From Schmidtea polychroa (taxonomy: Eukaryota): 64,000 nt of DNA. Under the pieces are notes generated by a model. That model did no database searches and was not told the DNA's origin. It worked only from the letters and a program-made list of their open reading frames with translations. Below are positions 36,901 through 47,282 of this stretch, piece after piece (positions within the stretch are counted from its first letter, which is position 1; every line of letters starts with the position of its first letter). Where the stretch lies: positions 37,262,001 through 37,326,000 of the forward strand of contig CM097888.1 of the NCBI GenBank assembly GCA_044892525.1. Reading direction: 5' to 3'. Made by a program: the position numbers and the translations under genes.

Positions 36901-39900
36901 TCCATTGTTATATTTGGTCGCATCAAAATTTCCAATAGCTGCGGAGACGATTTAGAATTCGAAAAAGAGACAATTCGTATTTGAGACTCATGTTTACGTT
37001 AGTGCTGATTAGGGAAAATCTACATAGATAGAGGAATACTTTCTTGATCATCAGCTTGTCGATCAGAGTGATTTGGAATAGGACCTTGTCGATCACAACG
37101 CACGAATAAATCCAATGAATTTCTGCAATATACTGCCTTTTGAAACGTCATCCGATTTAGATCGCCAGAGCATTAGCGCCAAAATCCATTTACGATGTAC
37201 TTTTAGTCTACAATATTGACTTTCGAGTGGCTGATAAGCACCGTCTTCTGAAAATTAAAGTAAATAACCAATGAGAAATTATCAGAAATCTTACGATAGA
37301 GATGAGAGAAATTACTGACAGAATTATCGGTTAAGCTTGTATTGACTGGAGGAATCACTGTGAGGGTTATCTGCTAATTGACAAATGAATTGCAGTCAGA
37401 TTATAACCAACATAATTTGACGATCGACGAAACCAGATAGAGTTGATAACCGGTTAACTTCCAAAATGATTTGTTTAAGCGGCGCGGGGGTAGACGTTGT
37501 CTTGAGTTGGCCGTTTGATAAGCGAATTAGATTATGATTCCCAGCTCATTTCACCATTTACCGAATTGCCACACGCGATCTAAGGCAGATGCTCATACAT
37601 CTACACCTAACCGCGAAATATAACATTATCTATAATCTAAAAAAAAAATCAATAAATATATATTATAGGAACACACAAACTTACCTGTGTGTAGAAATTT
37701 AATGCCGCGAAATTTATCAATATTATAAATGCTGACTAACAGTAATATTTAAGAACTTGAATAATGATCTCATAATTATATAAAATCAAAATTCAAGTCC
37801 TAAAAATTACTTCAATGCAAAAACTTACCTTTAAACGATTTTTGGAAAATTGAATAAATGAAATTAAGTTAACATTGTCATATAATTGGTGACTCACCTC
37901 AGGTGGTGTGCACACCAACTTATATTATAGACAATGTTAACTTTCGCGGTTAGGTGTAGTATCAATTCACATCGACCGTGTGGTACACGCATACCTTCGC
38001 ACACTCTCCTTACAGTAGGATACACCAAACACCACTGAGATGCATTTCCTATAATATAACAAAAAAATCAATAATCTTACATTATAGAAACATACATACT
38101 TACTTTGATTTCACGTTGATGTTCTCATTTATAGCTCAACGTATCTCAGTGGTGTTTGGTGTAGCAAAATACTTTAAATAGTAGAGTTTTCGACGACGTC
38201 ATAATTACATAATAGTCTACGATTCACGATTTCATGAGATAGTAGGATGGTGTGTATAAGTAGTAGGACAGATCGCTTTATTAACGACGTAATACGACAT
38301 CGGACTGTATAGCCTATTAGGGAGAACGACAACACATGCAGACACAAGCCTACACTAATCTAACCGAACATACCAACTCGCTTAAGGCAAATTGAATATA
38401 ACACAAGCACACGAGTGGGCGTCGTCATGACGACGAGTGCAGCGCGTTTTATAAAAATTCATAATTTAATTTCTAAAGCATTATTATATATTATATATAA
38501 TATATAATATAATATGATTCGAATATTTTTCAACCTGCATTGCAATTAACATCGTACAAATAATTATAAATTACACTAAATTTCGACCACCAGACATGCA
38601 CAACTCAACAAAACCACAATACTAGGCATTAGCGCTTTAATTGATTTTCGGAACATAACAACGTTAGCAGATAATCAAAAAGAGTAATAATGGAGAGGAC
38701 TGTCTAACCTGAAAGTAAATGTTGATTTTTAGGTCGAGTAAATTGAATTTAATATTTCCCCGTTTTCTTTTCTAAATTATTATTAGTAGATAATTTGATT
38801 TGAACGTTTAGTAACGGAATGAATGTGAAGTGCTGAGATATAGGAAAGAGTGGTTTGAGGGTTGCATAAAGTGGTATGATGAATGAGATCGTTAAGCCTG
38901 GGGGTTAAATCGTAAATGATACGCAAATGAGTGTTGCGACTGCTTCTGAATATATTAATAAATTTCTAGATGACTACACCATCCAACAAGGCTAAAGAAC
39001 TCGGCCCGTGTTTTTCTTGTGCCGACAAGAACGCGGATATCGCTCAACTTCACATATATATCGGGGCTCTAAAGAAGCGCATAAACCTTCATGAAGGCAC
39101 GTGGTTCTCGCCGCCACAAATGAAGGAGGAAAGGACTAAGATCCTCAGATTAGAGCACTGTAGAAACAGCCTGCTGGAAGAGAGCCGCTGTCAAAGGCTC
39201 ACAATAAAGGCACAGTCAGAAGCCCTCCATAAGGTCTATACGGAGGCAGAACTAGCCAAGCGAGTGCGCGAATTTCCCGTCGTGGATGGAACAAACGTGT
39301 TCCCTCTCCACCATCAGTCGTCTACATCGTCTACCACAAGTTGTCAAGGGCACGGCTCCCATCGGCCGCCCACCCCAGCCCCAGTACTGTCGGGATATTT
39401 ACCCATGAAAGGTGGCCTGTCTGACCCAATTCTGGCCCCAATTCTCGTGGCACCTTCTGTCACCACGGCGGTAGGAGAAAATCCGCCATCCCGCAAACGC
39501 AAGCATCCAACTAGGGCCGAGAAGAATAGAAAACGCCGGAATGCAATGAAGGCACGCGAAACGTCATTATCAGCGGCACACTTGAAAATTAAGGAAATAT
39601 CAACAACTCACTCAATCCCCTCAAAAGAAGTTTTCCGCATTGTTCCAGCCAGCGGTATCAAATTCATATCCGACTGCCGATTACCTGTTGACATCGACGA
39701 GATGATCGCCGAAGGGGACAACTTCGTCTAGACCGGATTCCTATTGAGCTCGATGTTTGCTTCGAGCCGTAAATGAACTTGAAGACTTTGTCGAATGTCG
39801 TATCCTACTGGTTCATATGCTGTTGATCTAATAATTGGGATGATGTATTGTTTTATTTTTGTTTCAGTGTCAATACATTTTTCTGTTTGGTTATTATTTT

Positions 39901-42718
39901 GTAAAGTCTTCAAATATTTGGTTTTGCGAATTAGAGTAAATGAATTAGGGCGGAAGAATGAAGGAATTAGGCCAACGGTCGTCCTTTGGACCAGGATCGA
40001 ACCGAGATTTATGTATGAATGAGGGTAAGTCCTTCTCAGGCACCATGGAACCCGAACCGAACAGGGGTTAGGAGTAGTCCTAAGGCAGGGCTCACCTGCT
40101 AACCTCTTCCGACCCGTGTGGGCAGCACCAACGTGGAACATCGTCACGGGCTCACGCGTGGGAATATTTGTATGATCATTAGGGATATGCAAGGGGAGTG
40201 TCTAAGCGGAACGATAAGGCTTCGTATGTCTGGAAATCGTACGTAACTAATTTTCTTCCCCACCATACACCAACAGTAGTTAAATCAACTTAAGTGTCAG
40301 TAATATTATATTTGAATATATAAAAAATTGAACCCGGATACCTGGGCATTAATAAACAAATTGCTTTATTTTCAAATGAAAAGTTAAAAAGAATCAGTTG
40401 GAGCATTGAACAAGTATATGATTTTATAAGGACATAAATATCTTCAGAGTAGTTCCTGTGTCGATAATTGTTCAGCATTTTTCCTAACACTTTCTACGTT
40501 GTTAATATTGATGAATTTTTTTTCAACTTGGTAATTAATAAAATAATTTTATATACACTTCTCTTATCTAAGAAAGCTTATAATTTAAGTTTATGTTCTT
40601 TATCAAGGTCGGTTCTAGATGTAGGCTACGTAATCTCAAACCCACATCCGCAACAGCAATGAGAATAACAACATATATGGCATGGGATTCAGTAAATAAT
40701 GAAAATTTAAATCTAGATCTAAAAAATGTTAGAGATAAAAGGTATTTTCCGTTCTCTGTTCGAAGAACTGACGAGACTGTTTTTCCAGTATTTACATTGT
40801 TGAGGTTACGCAAATTGGTGTAATTTTCACAAAAAATGATTAAAAATGATTAAAAAATTTTAAATATTATGTAAAAATTTAAAAATTAATATAATTCGCG
40901 AGTTGGGGGTTGGGGGTAGATTTAGAAAAGCTGGTCGGAAATACGTGAAAAAATATAGGTGGCCCTAAATCCCCTTTTTACATCTCATATTGTCGTTTTA
41001 TAATGTACTATCTCATAATTATAAAAAAGACTGCTGCCTATATAGTAAACGACCGAAGGATAATTGACTCTATTTAATTGTTCTACAGAATGATTTAGAT
41101 ATAAGTTATTATAATTAATAATACCAGTTATGAAGCTGAAACTAATGACAGACAGACAAATACAGAGTCCCTACTATCAAATATCAAACTCATCAATGGC
41201 CCTATATATAGGATTGACCAGAAAATATACAACTGTGGAAGGCATAAGTGCGGTTTAACAATAAAATTGCCCATGTTGCAATATTTAAAATAATAATGGT
41301 TTTCAGAGTGGTTCCCAAACGCCAAGGAATTTAGTTACAACTGATGTTTGTACATAAAATTGTTCTTGATAAATTATATGACTTTTACAATTACGATGTT
41401 AAATATATATAATTAGAGGCTATAACATTTCACTGTTCACTCATAATCCCAAAATTTATTTCATTACAGGTCGTAAAAAATATTTTTTAAGACAATTACT
41501 AATTATTTAATATCAACAAAAAAATTTCAAACATTCATCATTCATAAAAACTTTAAACATTTGATTTTTTAATTTAAAAACTAGAATAAAACTTTTACCC
41601 TATATAAATAATAATATAATTTAAAAATAATTTCAAAATAAAAATTTTGTTTTTTAATCCTTTGAACCCTAAACTCCGATAAAATGACCTGATTTAGTGA
41701 CGCATATACCATAATGGCGGGTTACTGGCCTCAATGTATATCCAGATATGTATATGTTAATACTTTTGACTCATTAACACCGTCATCGCGAGATGATAGG
41801 AAGGGCAGAACTTGTTTTAGCATGAACTCCGTGCGAAAGTGTTCCTAGGTTGAGATTGTTGTGTGCAGAGGTGCTAGTAGTTTTATATACATTTTGAAAA
41901 ATTTGCGTGTGAATCTGAAAACTGTTATGATGTGTATCATTCCAAAGTTGAATTCTGGAGATAAATTAATATTTTATTATAAGAACTTTTTTTTCACTTG
42001 AAAAGGGCAGTGCCGAAAATTTGTGAATATCAAAAACATCGACTTATTTATTGATTCATAGTTTTCAAATTTTTAAAAAATTTTTTTTTTTATAAATAGA
42101 TGTTTTTACCTATTATAATTAATTAAAAACTCATTATTCTTATATTAATGTAATTATTATTTTTATAATCAATAACTTTTTTTACTACAGGAAGTTGTGT
42201 AAAATTATTATAAACTAGAAAAAGGTTTCCTGGTTGGAAATTGATTTTTGGTTAAAATTGCAGTTTTAGTCAAATATTATTTTTTGGTCAAAAATTACTT
42301 ATGAGCTCAGGCTTAGCGTACTTGTATAATGAACGCCTCAGGGTTCAAAAGATTGAATTTTCTCCTCACACAACATATATAAAAATTTAATAAAAGCAGT
42401 TTTTAAAATATTATTACTGTCATTAATAAATAATTTTTTTTACGAATTAATTCTCACTGACTTCCAGCTACGACAGGCAGCTTGCGAATTATATATCTGT
42501 TGAAATATGCCAGGTAACCTATAGTAAGAGTAAACAATGATTATGATATTTAGATTATTTGTTCAATGATCTTTTATCCAATGAGCTTTTGTTTCAATAT
42601 TGCTCTTATTCGTGTTACCAGTAAGCCATCAATTATTTATCAACGCTATTCACAATTTCATCTTCCATCAATTCGTTTCATTCAAGGAATAAATATTACA
42701 TCGGAAATCAAGCAAACC
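33901..42718 (+). CDS. Multi-exon host gene of unknown function (exons about 33901-34249, 40608-40741, 42468-42513, 42554-42718; ends undetermined)
   Basis: The last three exons have canonical GT-AG sites and join in one open frame (VGSRCRLRNLK...VRDK|SYDRQLANYISVEICQ|IICSMIFY...EIKQT) with a 40-bp intron. Linkage of the 115-aa ORF at 33910 is inferred and needs an extra small exon. Confidence 0.5.
37604..37956. mobile_element. Tc1/mariner-type MITE (353 bp) inside the solo unit
   Basis: TIR CACCTAACCGCGAAA / TTTCGCGGTTAGGTG extending imperfectly to ~35 bp; TA on both sides. Confidence 0.85.
38023..38161. mobile_element. Tc1/mariner-type MITE (139 bp) inside the solo unit
   Basis: Perfect inverted repeat CACCAAACACCACTGAGAT / ATCTCAGTGGTGTTTGGTG; TA on both sides. 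Confidence 0.85.
38970..39731 (+). CDS. Family F copy 4, intact 253-aa protein of unknown function (coiled coil, Pro/Ser linker, basic NLS-like tract, acidic C-terminal motif)
   Basis: Uninterrupted ORF; three homologues in the window; acceptor TTTCTAG abuts the ATG; RKRKHPTRAEKNRKRR; ends LPVDIDEMIAEGDNFV. Confidence 0.9.
   Translation: MTTPSNKAKELGPCFSCADKNADIAQLHIYIGALKKRINLHEGTWFSPPQMKEERTKILRLEHCRNSLLEESRCQRLTIKAQSEALHKVYTEAELAKRVREFPVVDGTNVFPLHHQSSTSSTTSCQGHGSHRPPTPAPVLSGYLPMKGGLSDPILAPILVAPSVTTAVGENPPSRKRKHPTRAEKNRKRRNAMKARETSLSAAHLKIKEISTTHSIPSKEVFRIVPASGIKFISDCRLPVDIDEMIAEGDNFV
39985..40131 (+). other. Conserved non-coding block downstream of family F (copy 4)
   Basis: TTTGGACCAGG...GTAAGTCCTTCT...GGAACCCG...GGAGTAGTCCTAA...GGGCTCACCTGC...TTCCGACC...CACCAA. 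Confidence 0.85.
41658..42352 (+). mobile_element. Internally deleted piggyBac-like element
   Basis: TIRs TCCTTTGAACCCT / AGGGTTCAAAAGA; TTAA on the left, TTGA on the right; C-terminal Cys-rich remnant FACESENCYDVYHSK. Confidence 0.7.
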
Positions 42719-43042
42719 GTAAGTAAGTAAAATTTTGCAATTTTTTTAAACTAATTTTTAAAAAAATTAATTTTTTTATTATTTGTTTAAATTGAAAGAT
42801 TTAAAATAGCTTTAAGAAATTTAATTTAAAAATGATAAATTAAGCTATAATTTCCGAAAAATTATTGATTCATCATCATCCGATGAACGGAACTATCCTG
42901 CAACTTTTTTTGGGTATAGAATAAAAAGTTGGTTCCCAGAAAAAATATTTATTTTGAACTGAAAGGTTTCTATTTTTAAGAAAAAGTTATATTATCGCTT
43001 TAAATTATCATTTGACTATTTTAATTATCACATGGAAATATA

Positions 43043-45267
43043 AAGGTATTCCCCGACTTACGACCGAGATAGGTTCCTGATCATCGGTCGTAAGTCGAAT
43101 TTCATAGAAAAAAATTAAGAAAAAAATTACATACTGTACTACTAACTTTGAGGGTCAGGAGAAATGAAACTCCCAAAAATTCATATAATTCAAACTTTAT
43201 TTAAAATAATATTAATAACACAAAAATATATATTGAATTAAAAACAACACATTAATGTATAATAAAACAAAAATACATAATAAAAAATATATATAATTAA
43301 ACAAAAATATATTATTTAAATTAGAGTTATTTAAATGTCTTCATCATCCGTACTTATTACAAGAGTGCAATCCATTGCGTTGTCTTCAGAAACATAATGT
43401 CCAGTGCTGGTTTTCTTAAAAAATTTGTCTAAAGTCGTCTGAACAGTTTGAGCTTTCATTTCCCGGTAAATTTCATGATAACAAGTCAAATTTTCCTGAA
43501 TCAGCCTATTTATTTCTGAGAATCGCTCTTCATTTGCATCCATTTGTTGTAATTTTAGCATTCCCTTATTAATTTGGTGAAAAGCAGCACTCATTTCTTT
43601 TGTTGAGAATTTTTTTTTGTGGACTTTCTTCTTCATCTGATTTGCTTTTATCTTCGTTTTCTGTAACACATTGTGCCTCAAATTCCAATAAATCTTCATT
43701 CGTTAGGTCATCCAATTGGTGTGCAATGAGTTGGTTAATATCTTCACTGACAACTTCAAGATTAAGCTGCCGACCAAGATCTACGATCTGATCTGTAATT
43801 TCCTCAATGTCAACTTCTTTTTCAATCGATGAACTTGTACATTCTTCAAATCTTTTTGTTAATTTTTCCATATTCCGCTCATACAAGAAGGCTTGACTTC
43901 TTTCCATCCACTTGCTATGTTTTTAATTCCATGAAGAATATTATACTTTGACCAAAATTCTTTTAAAGTAATCCCCTCTTCAAGAGCCATAATTGCTTGA
44001 ATAAATGTAATTTTTAAATAATAGGCCTTAAATGTAGCTATAGTACTCTGATCCATGGACTGCAAAACACTCGTAGTATTTGGAGGCAGATACATAATTT
44101 GAATGTTCGGGTGTAAGTCGCATAGGTGTGGTGGATGTCTAGGTGCATTATCCAGTATTAAAAGTATTTTAAAAGGAATATTCTCCTGATTACAATATTC
44201 TTTTACTTCGGGCGCAAATACTTTCATAAACCAGTCTTCAAAAAGTAATCGTGTCATCCAAGTATTTTTATTTGAGTTGTAATGCATTGGTAACATATTA
44301 ATATTTACTCCTTTAAATGCTCTTGGATTTTTCGAGCGATGTATTACAAAAGGTTTCAATTTATAACTATCAATATTTCCGCCTAATAAAACTTTTATTC
44401 GGTCCTTAAAAACCTTGAACCCTGGCATACTTTTTTCCTCCTTATGAATATACGTACGTTCAGGTATCTTCTTCCAATATAGACCAGTCTCATATAAATT
44501 AAATATTTATTCCTTTGTATAATAGTTTTCTTTTAGAAACTCGTCGAATTTAACTCCAAATTCCTCAGCAGCTTTATAATCAGCACTAACTGCCTCTCCA
44601 CCAATTTTTACATTTTGAAAATTAGTTCTCTTCCTATATCTTTGAAACCAACCATGGCTTGCAGTAAAAGCCTGATCATAGTTTTTACCGTCCTTCAATT
44701 TTAACATATTGAAAAGACTACATGCTTTGGTTTGGATAATTGCGAGACTTAGAGGAATTCGTTTTTAAATCAAATCCTCCATCCAAATCACTAATAGTTT
44801 TTCCATATCATGTATGGAACCTTGTCTATTTTTGGTTATTATTGTAAATTTCATAGATGTCGATTCTTTTACAGCTTCCAAAATTCGTTTTTATCCTTTA
44901 AAATCGTCAATATTGTCGAATGGGACAGTTTAAGATCATGTGCTATATCTTTCACTTTTTTATCACTTTCAAATTGTAATATTATTTTATGTTTGGTTTC
45001 CAAGTCTATAACACTTTTATTTTTACTAGTTTTACTAGTTCCAGCCATTTTTGGGATGATATAAAAATTTTTTTATAATAAAATTATTCACTTAAAAAAT
45101 TGACTTAGCTAATGTAATGTATTATTTGTACTTAAATATGTATGTAAATCGGTTTTTTTACTTTGTTTTTTTTTAAATTTTCTCATATATTATGAAAAAA
45201 ATTGGAAAAAAATGGTCGCAAGTGCGAATAGTCGTAAGTCGAACGGTCGTAAGTCGGGGACTACCTG
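43043..45267 (-). mobile_element. Tigger/pogo (TIGD1-like) DNA transposon, full length, decayed transposase about 45048-43331
   Basis: TIRs (C/A)AGGTA(G/T)TCCCCGACTTACGACC with TA TSD; psq-HTH start, FTASHGWFQRY, FNLYETGLYWKK, LLILDNAPRHP, YLPPNTTSVLQSMDQ. Confidence 0.95.
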
Positions 45268-46722
45268 TAAAATCATTACTGGAAAATTATAAATTTTTAT
45301 TATTTTATGTCATTTGTTTTAATTATATATTTTTATACAATACTTCTAACTTTTTTATTATTCATTTTCTACTTATAATGTTCTGATATTTTTTGCACTT
45401 CATTTCTGATAAATAATTGTATTATATGTACTGAAGCATGTAATTAACATTCACTTAGTGTATGTAAAGAATATTTTGCCAAAAATGACGTAACAATATT
45501 GAAATTTCCTGACATGTTTATCAATAGTAATAGTAATAGTAAGAAATAAAACAGTTTTCGGGTTTTGTCTTTGTCTTTGTGATAAAGTGTCACGTGATAA
45601 ATTATCAGCGTAGATTCTGCCAAATCCGTTCGCAAAGATACATTAACTTGGATCGAAATGTCTTTTAGATTATCATTACCAAATCCATCGTGAATTAGAA
45701 CTTCGATTTTGTTTTTGAGCGTTTCTGACATCTTTATAATAATCAATTTCAAATACTTTTCTGCTTTATCAACCAGTCCATTGATCTGTTTTAATAAATC
45801 TTCAGTTTCTTCTATTTTAGAAAATACAGTTTCAGGTGCAATTTCTTCAGGTTTTAGTGGGCTATTGGTTGAAATGTCATCATTATTTTGGAATCGGAAC
45901 AACTTGTGAATCAACGAACCGCTTCACCTCTATATTAAATGTACATTATAAATGATAAATTTTGTAAAGCCGCTGCTGATACTTCTACTCGTTGTCGGAT
46001 CATAGAACATCCAGCCAATAGAAAAGTCAAAAACAAATCAATGATCTTGATCGGATAATGAAGACTGCACCATCTCAATTGAACACAATCAAACAACCCG
46101 AAAATAGGAGAGTCGTATTCAATTAAATGCATTGTGAAGCAAAATCTCCAAAACGCCAAATACGCTTTGTACAAAGACATGAATTTGATCATCCAATAGA
46201 AATGGAAAGTCATAGCTGTTCGAATCTACTCGATTTACTTACGGAGAAATTAATAAAACCAATAATGATGAATGTATCTTACCAATTAGTCTTATGTTAT
46301 TACGAGGTGAAGTTTAAAATTAAGGTTTACAATGTCATCCCATGGCGATAAGTGATTAAATTTAATCAAATGATTTTTGAATAACTAACTGAATAAAATA
46401 AAGTTTTTAAAGTTATAGTGATAAAAATAAGTTATAAATTTATTTATGTAGCAATCTCATAGAATATCACTTAAAAACTTAAAATTATAAATTAATACTA
46501 ATAAATGTCCACTAAAACCTATATATTAAGAATCGTTAAAAGTTAAAATTAAATTTATAAAACATTGTTTGGTTTTAATATAAGAATGATTTTGATTTTG
46601 ATAAATAAATTTCGGTCAAACTCCCAGTGTTATTTAGAAAAGATGATAATTTCAGTAAAGAAAGTTGTCTAAGTGTTTAAAAAAGTAATAGTTCGTTGGT
46701 GAGAGATCAGCTGAATATAGAG

Positions 46723-47239
46723 CAGAGGTGGCGAAACTGCGGCTCTTCAAATTGTTTTCTTAGAGCTGCAGAAAATTCATCGATTTTTTAAATTTAATTT
46801 TTTTCTGAAATTAGAAACAACTTCGTTTATGAAAAACGAAAAAGTTTTTATCATAATTTTACCATAAATTGCCTTTCCAAGTCAATTTTAATCTTTCAAA
46901 AATAAGTTGTGCAAACCACTAATAAAACTTTTAATTTGAATAATTATAATCAAAATTGAATAAAATACTTTAATAACAAATCGTTGGTTTACAAGCAAAA
47001 TTCACTAAGTACATTTTCCAAGATTTTGATTTTTTGTACTAAATTAAATCATTATAATGCCAACTTTATAAACTTAGAAGCCTAAAAAACTATTTTTATG
47101 CACAAATTGATAGTAAATACAATTACTAAATTTTCAGATACACAAACTTCTTAAATATCGATTTACTAAAAACTATGTTTTTTGACTTAGTGATTTCTGC
47201 TTTTAAACCGACGAAATATCCATTTCAAATACATATATT

Positions 47240-47282
<43 letters not shown>

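Larger units (their letters stand above)
35566..40275 (+). mobile_element. Complete solo-LTR-like unit (4710 bp) carrying intact family F gene
   Basis: Termini TGTTG...CAACA; exact 4-bp TSD GTAG (35562-35565, 40276-40279); A-rich tract, ATTGG 36066, TATATAAG 36082; no internal direct terminal repeats and no gag/pol seen. Confidence 0.92.

Noticed and set aside
39728-40192. 154-aa antisense ORF over the conserved block
   Set aside because: The frame is broken by a stop and a 1-nt indel in the 4166-4308 copy.
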